A stretch of DNA of 64,000 nucleotides, from contig CP068257.2 of the NCBI GenBank assembly GCA_009914755.4, positions 40,672,001 to 40,736,000 on the forward strand. The letters are read 5' to 3'. This DNA comes from the human T2T-CHM13v2.0 reference genome, Homo sapiens. Of this stretch, positions 1 to 15,100 are shown piece by piece. Below the pieces are notes generated by a model that did not search any database, had not been told where the DNA came from, and saw nothing but the letters and a program-made list of their open reading frames with translations. Position 1 is the first letter of the stretch. Each line of letters opens with the position of its first letter. A program made the translations under genes and the position numbers.

Positions 1-85
1 GGCCTCCACGTGGGCCAGGCACGGTGTGTCCAGCAGGCTGAGGGCGGCTGGCAGGTCTTCCTGCATGGGCCATGGGAGGTGGTGA

Positions 86-277
<192 letters not shown>

Positions 278-676
278 TAAGTCAGGAGCATCTGAGCTGG
301 TGTCCAGGGGCAGGAAGAACCCCCTGTATTCAGCGGTTCTTCCAGGTGACCCTGACATCCTGATGTAGCCTCAGAGGGGGTGAGTTGAGCTCACCCGGCG
401 GTTCCTCCTTCCATCTGGGACCACTGGGCAGAAGAGCTGACTTATGCCCCCTCTCTCACTCACTCTGTGCTCAGGCCTGCAAGGCTTGTGTTGACCCTGG
501 GGGTATGGCTTTGGGGGAAACGTCCTTTCACGATGCATATCTCTTCCATGACACCAAGTTCCCCGTGGCTCAGCCACTCTGAGGGCCAAGGTCACGGGAC
601 GACCTGGGAAACGGTGTGTCTTCAGGTGTGTTCTGGAAACGCCCTGCAGTTTAGCACAGCAGAGGCTCGGAGATGC

Positions 677-808
677 CTGCAGGACAGGATCCTGCCTCGG
701 TTGCTCACCAGCTCTCTATACCCACGGGCGCTCTGACCCCGCCTGCAGGACAGGATCCTGCCTCAGTTGCTCACCAGCTCTCTATACCCACGGGCGCTCT
801 GACCCCTT
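677..808. repeat. 66-bp tandem duplication, 2 copies, in an ABCG1 intron
   Basis: ctgcaggacaggatcctgcctc(g/a)gttgctcaccagctctctatacccacgggcgctctgacccc occurs twice in tandem. Confidence 0.85.
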
Positions 809-1490
809 TCCTGGGTGATGCCCTTTATGTTTGGGGCTCCCTGCGGAATCACTACCCTGGAGTCCTGGATCTGGTGCCCCCAGCCGCAGGTTGAGCTCGC
901 CTGACTCCTGCATGTGTCCTGTCCAGTTGTCCCAGGCAGGATGGGTGGCCAGGAACCAGGCTTCTCCTGAAATGACTTCAGCCAGACTTTACGTTGTCTC
1001 ATTTCTGCCACTCACTCACCTCTCCAAAGTCCAGCGAGATTTGACAGTAGTGTGACAGCAGCCTTCTGAGGGGGGGATGGCGGGGCTCACTTGTTTCCTT
1101 CTCTTGGGCCTGCACAGTAACAGCCCACAGTGTCTATAAGATACTTCAGGAAAAGAGACCACAATGAACCCTTGAATAGCATCTTGCAGGCTGAATGCCC
1201 TGAGATGGGTGGGCTCCGGGGGACTGCCCAACACACACTGTCCCCCGGGCCTGTCACTTCAGAGTTGAGGGGATGAGAGCAGGAGTAGATCTGAGGGGCT
1301 AGGAAAGGAGAAGAGAGGTCCCCCCAGGACCCTGCTGGACAGTGAAACACCTGCTGGAGTAAAGCCCACCTGGGCTGCAGCAAGGCCACCTTCTATGGGG
1401 TGATGCCCCCATCGCCAGCCCCATAGATGGGAGGTGGGGAGTGGGGGTGGTGACTGCGGGGCACTAGACCACCTGAGGCACAGCTGCCTG

Positions 1491-1795
1491 CCTGGACAGT
1501 TGTGAAGTCCCCCCCCACCCAAATGAGTGGGGAACCCCCACCTCTTTCCCACCTGGACAGTTGTGAAGTACCCCCCACCACCCAGATGAGTGGGGACCCC
1601 CCCACCTCTGTCCCGCCTGGACAGTTGCAAAGTCCCCCCGCCCAGATGAGTGGGGACCCCCCCACCTCTGTCCCGCCTGGACAGTTGCGAAGTCCCCCCG
1701 CCCAGATGAGTGGGGACCCCCCCACCTCTGTCCCGCCTGGATAGTTGTGAAGTCCCTCCCTGCCCAGATGAGTGGGGACCCCCCCCCAGTCCTGG
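1491..1795. repeat. Minisatellite with a unit of about 60-65 bp, 5 copies (unit gcctggacagttgtgaagtcccccc...cagatgagtggggacccccccacctctgtccc)
   Basis: The anchor ctggacagttg recurs at about 1492, 1552, 1617, 1677 and 1737. Confidence 0.85.
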
Positions 1796-2008
1796 ACTCT
1801 GGCAGCAAGGCTCGCTGGGGTCCCTCCGTTCTTACCAGGAATAAAATGCAACATGCAAAGCCCTGCTGTGTGCCCTGCCACTGAGCAGCAAAACAAACAG
1901 CAAGAGCAGAGCCCGGCCTGGGACGGGGCAGCTGCAGCTGCAGCCCCTGATGCCAAGCCCTCTGGGACAGGAACTCCCTGGACCCCCGGAACCTGGGGCA
2001 GTGGCTAG

Positions 2009-2448
<440 letters not shown>

Positions 2449-2708
2449 ATTTTTGAGAGCGTTTAAGTGCCAGGTTTTGTGAGACTTGTGGAACCACAGG
2501 CAGCGAAGGGGGCTGGGGAGTGGAAGCTGGTGAGCAGAGTCCTCTCTCTGTCCTGGTGGTCGGTCATGGGATCCTGGGTGTCACCAGCATTGTAGAACTT
2601 CATCACCTCCCCTGTTAAAATGGGGGGAGGGGGGACACTTGTTTTCCAGAATTAATAACAGGTTACAGCATTTGCACAGTATCATTTGGTTTATAAATCT
2701 TAGGTTTT

Positions 2709-3030
<322 letters not shown>

Positions 3031-3264
3031 TTAGGTTTTGATATTAGTCTAAGCAAAAATAGTCACAAAGGGATAAAATGTGTATAGCTCCAAAATTTTT
3101 TCTGAGCAGGGGGTTAGCATGAAAAATAAACAGCAAGCAATATAGTCAAATCATCCTGGCCGTGCGATATTCTTCCCTGGCTTATCGTGGCTTTCCCTTC
3201 AGATGTTAATAGGGCCCTTGGGGGTGATGTAAAGCTCTCAGGAGAGGAAGTGGCTGATCGCTGG

Positions 3265-3310
3265 GCTGACTGATTGATCGGTTGATTGATTGGTTGATTG
3301 ATTGATTGAG
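3265..3310. repeat. (TGAT)n/(GATT)n tetranucleotide microsatellite
   Basis: ctgattgatcggttgattgattggttgattgattgattga. Confidence 0.85.
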
Positions 3311-3372
3311 GGCTCCGGTTGCCTTCCGAGGAAGGCAGGGCTTGATCCCTTTTTCTCCTTCCTTTTTTCCAG

Positions 3373-3487
3373 CTTTACGTCCTGAGTCAAGGACAATGTG
3401 TGTACCGGGGAAAAGTCTGCAATCTTGTGCCATATTTGAGGGATTTGGGTCTGAACTGCCCAACCTACCACAACCCAGCAGATTTTG
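3373..3487 (+). CDS. ABCG1: ABCG1 coding exon (end of the NBD and linker)
   Basis: Translation [38 protein letters not shown] plus G. Acceptor ccttttttccag|CTT, donor GATTTTG|gtaagc. Confidence 0.93.
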
Positions 3488-5359
3488 GTAAGCGGAGTCC
3501 TGAGCAGCTCGGGGGACAGAAAGGGGATTTTCCTCCTCTGTGGGTCTCACTTTTAGCTGACGCCCCCAACTCAGAAACCACTTGACTACCACAAATAGCT
3601 CAAGTGTCATCCAGTTATAAAACGTTTAAAGAACAAAAAAATTAGGTTTCATTTCCTCTAGACTCTAGGTAAAATCATCTGGCCAGCCTGTCTCTGCCTC
3701 TCTCCTGTCTCCATGTCCTAATCACCTCCTCTCCTGAGGACAGCAGTCATTGGATTCAGGGCCCACCCTAAGTCCAGGATGATTCATCTCAAGATCCTAA
3801 TTACCTCTGCAAAGATGCTTTTTCAAATAAGGGTGCATAGTGACAGTCCAGGTGGACTTCCCTCCTCCTTCGCCTTCCAGCCATCAGTCTTAATCTGTCG
3901 TTTTTCTTTAAAATATTTGATTCATGCAATTCCCAGGACTCCGTATTTTCTACCACACTATTTCCCAAATTGTGTTCCATGAGACATTGTTCACGGACGT
4001 GCCTCTCACTCACAAGGAGTAGGCTGTGATGGAGAGGAGACAGGGCGAGGGTTGCAGGGAGTGTGGTTTAAGGTGGGACGGGAGCCCCAGGAGGGTTGTG
4101 GTTCTGGTTTCGTGCTCGCTCACAAGGAAGAGTAACAGATCAGTAACGGGTCACTAACAGATGCTGCTGAGTGGGGCAGGGGAGGTGAGGTCTGAAGCCT
4201 GCATGGAGGTGAGAACCTGGAGGGAAGGGCGGGCAGGAAGGAGAGGAAACACGGTGCGTGGGGATGCAGAGAGGTCCTGGAGAGATGAGGGCATTCCCTT
4301 CTGGGGATTTCATTTCCTCAATGTCGTCTGACCAGAGAGCGGGAGGTGAGGGGAGTGTGGCCCACTGTTGAGGGTGTGGGTGACCAGAGGGGCCTGGAAA
4401 CATTGCCTGGCAGTGCTGTAGGCTCGTTTGGAGCCCTTGAGGATGACTTTCCGGTGGGGCCAATGTGTCCTGGTTTGTGGCTTCATCTAGGAGGTGTGGT
4501 GGCCTCCGTACCAGCTGGGAGGAAGCGGGTAGCTGGCTCTGCCAGAGGGAAGTGCGGAAAAGGTAAGGGTGTTGGGGAGCTTTGGGCCTTAGCAAGAACG
4601 TTACTGGAGTGGGAGGCAAGGCATCGCACAGGGAGGACACAGAGGCAGGAGAGGGCAGAGGGGTTGGGAGAAAGCAGATGTAGGCAGAGGGAAGGAGGCC
4701 AGTCACCACGGGAGTGTGGAAGGAGTTGCAGGCTGCAGAGGAAGTCCAGGTGGAGGGAGACCTTAGGGGAGCGAGTCTGCAGGTGGAGTGGGGAGGTGAC
4801 GATTGGGATGCGAGAGGCAGGAGCAGCGGGCAGGGCCGGTGCAGGAGACGCTCACTGGGATCTGAGAGGTGCAGGTTGAGGGTCCCAGGACCTCCAAGTC
4901 CCCAGGGTGCCAGCCACTCATGTGGCGATGGGCACGTCCTTCTCTGCCATCTTGTAGAACTGCCGTGGCTCTCGTCACACCCTGCCAAACCACAAGCTCC
5001 TCAAGGAGGAGTCCCTCAGGGAGGAGTCCTTCGTTCTGCTCCCTTCCCAGCTCCACCTTGGAGGCTGGCCCAGAGCAGGCATTCAGTAAGTACCGGCTGG
5101 ATGAGCAGTCGGTAGATGCAGGAGCTCATTACTTCTCAGACCACTGACAGCACAGTGTGTGTTTGCGTTTCCCGTCTCCTGACATGATAAAGGGCCTTGC
5201 TGGGGGGTTTGAGAGCCGCACGCTGGTTGATAAATGATTTTGACGTCATGCCATTAGCACCGCCACGCAGCATCTATGTAATCGCTTTAAAACATTCCCA
5301 CTTGAATAACGACTTTCGCATTTGGGTGGTTGGGGTGTCCTTCCTGGAGCCCGGGCTGA

Positions 5360-5904
<545 letters not shown>

Positions 5905-5919
5905 TAAAGAAATTCATGA

Positions 5920-6208
5920 GGCCAGGCATGGTGACTCATGTCTGTAACCCCAGCACTTTGGGAGGCCAAGGCAGGCAGATCATTTGAGGCCAGGAGTTCA
6001 GACCAGCCTGGCCAACGTGGGGAAACCCCATCTCTGCTAAAAATACAAAAATTAGCCAGGCCTGGTAGTGCATGCCTGTAATCCCAGCTACTCAGGAGGC
6101 TGGGGCAGGAGAACTGCTTGAACCCAGGGGGGCGGAGATTGCAGTGAGCTGAGATTGCACCACTGCACTCCAGCCTGGGTGACAGAGAGAGACTCCCATC
6201 TGAAAAAG
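5920..6208 (+). mobile_element. Alu SINE
   Basis: ggccaggcatggtgactcatg...ctgtaatcccagctactcaggaggctg...cactccagcctgggtgacagagagagactc. Confidence 0.9.
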
Positions 6209-6294
6209 AAAGAAAGGAAAGAAAGGAAGGGAAAGGGAAAGGGAGAAAGGAAGGGAAGGGAAGGAAAGGAAAGGAAAAAAGAAAGAAAGAAAGA
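6206..6294. repeat. Polypurine (GAAA/GGAA)n tract derived from the Alu tail
   Basis: aaagaaagaaaggaaagaaaggaagggaaagggaaaggga...gaaagaaagaaagaa, about 90 nt, purine only. Confidence 0.85.
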
Positions 6295-7313
6295 AATGCC
6301 TGAGCCTGGGGAATTTATAAAGAAAAGAGGTTTAATTGGCTCATTGTTCTGCAGGCTGTGTAAGAAGCATGGCTGGGGAGCCCTCAGGAAACTTTCAATC
6401 ATGGTGGAAGGCAAAGTGGGATGGAGCGCTACACACTTTTAAACATTCAGATCTCACAATAACTCACCCATTGTCATGAGCACAGACCCAAAGGAGAAGT
6501 CCACCCCCATGATCCAATCAGGCCCCATCTCCAACATTGGGGATTACAATTTGACATGAGATTTGGGCGGGGACACAGACCCAAACCATATCACTAAACT
6601 TTCAAATTACTTTTCTTCTATTTGCAATAGTCAGCGTTCACTGTAATGCTGCAGTAACAAACACTCCCATAATGTACGTGTCTCCCTCCATCAATATTTG
6701 TGTCCTGCTTGTGTTAGGGGTGGCAACGGTGGGTTGTATCATGGCTCTGTCCCATAAGTCTTCTCATCCCGGGACAGCTCCTATCTGGACATGCCTTTCT
6801 TCACCATGTCAAAGGAAAAGTGCAAGAGAGAAACCAAATGACAGCCCTTAAAACTTCCAGTTGGAAGTGGCAAATCATCACTTGCACTCACATGCCATTG
6901 GCCTAAACAAGTCACATGGCCGAGCCTGAAACCAGGGCTGTAGGCGAGTCCATTTCTCCTTCAGGAAAGCACTGTGAATCATGAGGATTGGGACGGGGGG
7001 TTGGACAATTCCTTATAGGGAAGGAGGTGGTGAATACGCGGGAACCATACTTCTACCAGAGAAGTGGACAATCTGGCCACCTACTTAGGAGCGGCTGAAT
7101 GCCTGGCATGGCTTCTGGGACCTAATTTGAAAGACAGAGGGGCTCACCGCCGTCCACAGCAGAGTTCTTAGAGCCTCTGATATAGCCACTTTTCCCTCAC
7201 CATTGTTTTTACCTTTCCTCTCTTCTGAGGGTAGACTTCCTTTGTTCTCCATTTTTAAATCTTTTACAAAGGATAGTAATTATGTTGGTTTTAACACAAC
7301 AAAAGCCTGACAT

Positions 7314-7376
7314 GTGTGCATATATGTGTGTGAGCAGGCGTGTATGTGTGTGTGTGAGTGTGTGTGTGTATGTGAG
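7314..7376. repeat. (TG)n-rich simple repeat
   Basis: gtgtgtgagcaggcgtgtatgtgtgtgtgtgagtgtgtgtgtgtatgtgag. Confidence 0.8.
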
Positions 7377-7492
7377 TCGCTTTAGGGTTTGGCTTGTTTC
7401 TCTGGAGGAGAAGACAGGATAAAGTCTAAGACGTGTTGTCACAGAGTTCAGGGTCCCATGCTTCCAAAGGCCGCATCCGTGTTGTTCTCTGA

Positions 7493-7717
<225 letters not shown>

Positions 7718-8530
7718 TGACAGACCGCTGACCCCTTCTTCCTTATTTTCAATTCCTACCCAAGCATGGGGGCCTGAAGTCACGCCTTGACCAACAGATG
7801 AGTTTTCTAAACACAATGTTTTTGTTTTTTTAAAATATCATCTTCTTTGTTGACAGATGCAAGTTGTATTGTATTTGCTGTTAGATAAGAAAATACAATA
7901 CTTAAGCCAAAGGAATGAATCCCAAATGGAAGACTTTTAAGCATGATGGAAGGCTGATGGGAGGGAGATTTCTCAAAGATTCACTAATTAGGAGCCCCCC
8001 AACTCTACTACTTAAGCATTACCTAGTTCAATTGTTAAGATAGCTCTGCACAGCCCACTTCGGGAGCAGATAAGCTCTCTTAGATGGATATCCACACAAT
8101 TCCAGTTTGTTCACAAGGAGACTGCCCTTGGTCACTTTGGCTGACAGTGAACACAGCGGCTGCTTCTCCAGAACTTTAGCATAAATAGCTCCTCCCTAGG
8201 TACCTCCTCCCCAAGCTTCCCCTGATTTCCAAGAGCAGCTTGCAGCCTTGCTCACAGGAAGGCACCACGTTGATGCAGAGTTTCAGAAGAGGCAGACTCA
8301 GGAAGAGTAAGGCCAGGCATGAATCCTTGCCTTCATCACTAAGATGATGCTTTGTATTCACAGACATGCTCCCCATCCTGATTCTCCACTCAATGACTCT
8401 TCAGGTTATGCAAACGGGTGGCGTTTTTCAGGCTAGCAAAACACATCCTCTGTTTGTTCAATCTCTCAGTGCCCTAGGCCAGAGCTGGGTTACCAGCCGC
8501 TCAGCTCAAGATCGCCTGTTGGGATGTTAA

Positions 8531-9198
<668 letters not shown>

Positions 9199-9424
9199 TG
9201 AGCTACCTTGGCCTGAGCTAGGGGGCTCTGCCACCCCTTCCCCTACTTCTGCCCTGACCCTCCTAGATGGGGTCGTTCCCACGGGAAGGGCCCGCATTGT
9301 CGAGGGTCAGGATCAGCTGGCTTCCACAGTGCGCACAGCGGGCAGCCTCACGTGTGCTGACTGCGTGCTGGGCGCTCTTCCCAGCGCTTCCCAGATCTGA
9401 GCTCCTGTAGCCCCAAGCACAGCC

Positions 9425-9545
9425 ACGCTTAGGTGCTGTGCTGGCCCCATTTTACATAGGGGAGCACTGAGGCCCAGAGAGGCAAAGTGATTTGTCAGGG
9501 GGTCACACAGCTGACTCGGGAGCCAAGCTCCCAACACCTATGCAT
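9425..9545 (+). mobile_element. MIR SINE fragment (core)
   Basis: ccattttacataggggagcactgaggcccagagaggcaaagtgatttgtcagggggtcacacagctgactcgggagcc resembles the MIR core ...ttacagatgaggaaactgaggcacagagaggttaag...cccaaggtcacacagctag. Confidence 0.6.
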
Positions 9546-10039
9546 CACTGCCTCTGTGGGGTTCCCTCGGCCTCTCCATGGGCCCCTTCCTCCTCCCATC
9601 GCCCACCCTGCCCCCCGACCTGCCGCCCACATGCACCTGCAGGTTCTCTACCTCTGTGGCTTTAGGACGCTCGGCCTCAGCCTGTCCTTCTGGACAAAAG
9701 CAGTGTTCCTGGGTGGATTGGGAACACCCGAGGGCCCCAGGGTCCCATGCTGGGTGCAGTGTATTCCTGAGTCACCTCCAGTCCACCATAAGCAAGCTCC
9801 CTGGCCTCCAGGGCCCAGGTGCCCTCACCTTAGATGAGGACTGCCATGGAGCCCATCTCACAAGGCTGCCATGGGACCAAAGATGACACTGCAGGAAGGT
9901 GCCAGGCCCATGCCAGGTGCTGCAACCCGTGTGCCCCAAGGCCAGCCCCAGTGCACCTGCTCAGCCACCCCCAGGACCCCTGCCTAGGGCACTCAGGCTC
10001 CGCAGGGGTCACTAATCAGACCAGGGCTGGGATGCCCCT

Positions 10040-11490
10040 GTCTGCACGGTTGCACACGGCACACATGCACACACACACTACACACAGACCACACTACACA
10101 CTACACACCACACACTACACACATACCACACTACACACACACCACACTACACACCACACACACTACACACCACACACGGTGCACACCACACACTACACAC
10201 CACACTACACACTACACACCACACACTGCATACACACCACACTACACACTACACACCACACACACACCACACTACACACCATACACTATACACATACCAC
10301 ACTACACAGTACACACCACACACACTACACACCACACAGTACACACTGCACACCACACTACACACTACCCACCACACACTACACACACACCACACTACAC
10401 ACTACACACCACACATACTACACACCACACACTAAACACATACGACACTACACACTACACACCACACACTACACACACACCACACTACACAGTACACACC
10501 ACACACTACACACACACCACACTACACACTACACACCACACACACTACACACATACCACACTACACACACACCACACTACACACCACACACACTACACAC
10601 CACACACGGTACACACCACACACTACACACACCACACACTACACACTACACACCACACACGGTACACACCACACACTACACACACACCACACTACACACT
10701 ACACACCACACACTGCATACACACACTACACACTACACACCACACACACACCACACTACACACCATACACTACACACATACCACACTACACAGTACACAC
10801 CACACACACTACACACCACACAGTACACACTACACACCACACTACACACTACCCACCACACACTACACACACACCACACTACACACTACACACCACACAT
10901 ACTACACACCACGCACTACACACATACCACACTACACACTACACACCACACACTACACACACACCACACTACACAGTACACACCACACCACACACTACAC
11001 ACACACCACACTACACACTACCCACCACACATACTACACACCACGCACTACACACATACCACACTACACACTACACACCACACACTACACACATACCACA
11101 CTACAGAGTACACACCACACTACACACTACACACCACACACACACCACACACACTACACACCACACACTACACATGCACCACACTACACACTACACACCA
11201 CACACTACACATACACCACACTACACACTACACACAAATACTACATACACACACCACACAGTACATACCACATACCACACCCTACACACAAACACACACT
11301 ACACACTACATGCTATGCACACACACCACTCACTGCGCACACAGACTACACACTAGAAACATCACACACTACACACCACACCACACACCACACACTCCAC
11401 ACCACACACCACACACCGCAGACACCACACACACCACACAGCAGACACCGCCCACACCACACACACACTCCACACACACACTCCACACAC
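10040..11490. repeat. Complex CA-rich tandem array of about 1.45 kb, with ACACTAC/ACACCAC-type units and higher-order structure, in an ABCG1 intron
   Basis: Continuous cacactacacaccacacactacacacataccacactacacacacaccac... The composition is almost exclusively C and A. Blocks of 100-150 bp recur, for example at 10441-10560 and 10901-11010. Confidence 0.9.
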
Positions 11491-11698
11491 CCTCCTACCC
11501 CCGACACACTCACAGTGCCCCTGTTGGACCTGTGCTCACTGTGAACCCTGAGTCGCGGCGGTTGCTTCGGTCTCTGGGCTGCCCTCCCGGAGGTGCTGAC
11601 AGGCAGGCGTCCATCCCGCCTGTGAAGGCTGCAGTCCTTCCACTGTGCCCCGACCGAAGGGGTGCCCGCCACACACCTGCCACAGGCCAGGCACTTAG

Positions 11699-12154
<456 letters not shown>

Positions 12155-12453
12155 TAGCGGGCGTGGGGCACGCATGGCGTGGGGACCGAGGGTGACGGGG
12201 GAAGAACCGTCTCCAACAGCGTGAGGGGCTCACAAAAGCCACTCTGGGCTGCTGGCCAAGAGCAGATTACACATCTGAGGATCCAGGCCTTCCATCTTCC
12301 TGCTAGTTCCACCTCCTCCTACCCTCACCAACACACACACACTAAACAAGGAGGCCACACAAACCAGCGCTTCACACCCGGAGAGCCATGGCAGGCCCAA
12401 GTGTTCTGGACGTTGCCGAGAGCTGCCTTCGGTGGAAGCGCTTCCATCTTTTA

Positions 12454-12879
<426 letters not shown>

Positions 12880-13566
12880 TCATTTTTAAACATCTTTTTA
12901 AACATCCTAATATCTTGGAACAAGAATGCCCAGTGCCTCAGGTCCTTAGCTACAACGTTTCGTGCCCTCTGTGGAGTGCGGTGTTGGCACGCTGGCCCCA
13001 CCAGGGGCAGCGCCCATCTTCCGAGCTGCAGAAGTTCCATGTGACACTAAGATCCAAAGTTGGGAACAAGCTCTTCTTCTCTAGAATGTCAGTTCAGACT
13101 TAGGTATATTGTTCAAGAAAACAAAGCACTTGTACAGAGTTTCGACAATCTGCGTGTGCTCCAACACTATGAAATCAGAAACCGACGTCTTTCTTCTCAA
13201 AATGAGTGCTTTTGTTCTGACAGGGCAGGACTGGAGCAGAGGGAGAGAGGGGGCAGGAATGTTTCATATAAATGCTCTCAAGTCCTTGCAAGTTGGCTGG
13301 CCCACGATTCCCTCCAACCGTTAGAAAGCATGTAACCTCGGAAGTGAACACAAGACTTCTCAGTGCATTTCACCAGTGAATATGTACCACTCATTCAACT
13401 TGTTTTTTTGCTGGGGGCCCTGGAGGAAACAAAATTGGAAGAAAAACATAGTGGAGCTGTTGCACGTGTTTGTCTTAAGAAGGTGGTGGGCGGTGAGGAA
13501 GTATTCTGGGGAAGGCGGCCCTTTGGGAAGGGAGGATAGCCAAGCTGGGAATCGCAGGGAGGGTGA

Positions 13567-13869
<303 letters not shown>

Positions 13870-15100
13870 AACACCTGAATGCCAGGAAACAGGAAGATTA
13901 GACACTGTGGCCGAGGGCACGTCTAGAATCGAGGAGGCAAGCCTGTGCCCGACCGACGACACAGAGACTCTTCTGATCCAACCCCTAGAACCGCGTTGGG
14001 TTTGTGGGTGTCTCGTGCTCAGCCACTCTGCCCAGCTGGGTTGGATCTTCTCTCCATTCCCCTTTCTAGCTTTAACTAGGAAGATGTAGGCAGATTGGTG
14101 GTTTTTTTTTTTTTTAACATACAGAATTTTAAATACCACAACTGGGGCAGAATTTAAAGCTGCAACACAGCTGGTGATGAGAGGCTTCCTCAGTCCAGTC
14201 GCTCCTTAGCACCAGGCACCGTGGGTCCTGGATGGGGAACTGCAAGCAGCCTCTCAGCTGATGGCTGCGCAGTCAGATGTCTGGTGGCAGAGAGTCCGAG
14301 CATGGAGCGATTCCATTTTATGACTGTTGTTTTTCACATTTTCATCTTTCTAAGGTGTGTCTCTTTTCCAATGAGAAGTCATTTTTGCAAGCCAAAAGTC
14401 GATCAATCGCATTCATTTTAAGAAATTATACCTTTTTAGTACTTGCTGAAGAATGATTCAGGGTAAATCACATACTTTGTTTAGAGAGGCGAGGGGTTTA
14501 ACCGAGTCACCCAGCTGGTCTCATACATAGACAGCACTTGTGAAGGATTGAATGCAGGTTCCAGGTGGAGGGAAGACGTGGACACCATCTCCACTGAGCC
14601 ATGCAGACATTTTTAAAAGCTATACAAAAAATTGTGAGAAGACATTGGCCAACTCTTTCAAAGTCTTTCTTTTTCCACGTGCTTCTTATTTTAAGCGAAA
14701 TATATTGTTTGTTTCTTCCTAACTTTCTGACTACCTTTAATTTTGCCTAGGTTGATTTAAACAAACAAACAAACAGCTTCCCTTTCCTCCTGTATCACCT
14801 CAGCTGCCTCCACTGAACCTGGAAGAATGGGGCTTAGGGAAATTCAGGCACGACCTTTGAGGGTTGGCTCAGCAGGAGTGGCCAGCAGTGAAAGATGGGC
14901 TAACTGTGCAAGAGGGGAGGAGGCCAACGAGATGGCATCAGAATCCAAGGGCTTAGGACGAAGTCAGTAGACTTCAGCATGTGGAGGCATTTGAAACTTG
15001 ATCAAACAACGCACTTCGAGTGGTGGGAGATTTCATCTCTGGGTTTTGCGACCTCACAGCTGCATCACCGCCTCAGTGTTAGGCCTGTGTAAACTTTGCA
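13870..15100 (+). other. ABCG1: ABCG1 3'UTR, end not determinable from sequence. There is no canonical AATAAA for at least 1.7 kb. The nearest ATTAAA is at 15616-15621.
   Basis: The region is contiguous with the terminal coding exon. No splice donor is evident after the stop. My extent estimate relies on the recalled gene spacing to TFF3 of about 14 kb. Confidence 0.3.

Noticed and set aside
4140-4988. 282-aa minus-strand ORF, Pro/Ser-rich, and an overlapping 177-aa plus-strand ORF
   Set aside because: It lies in a GC-rich intronic stretch. Its low-complexity Pro/Ser/Leu composition is typical of chance ORFs in GC-rich DNA. I recognise no domain, and it overlaps another equally long chance ORF on the opposite strand.
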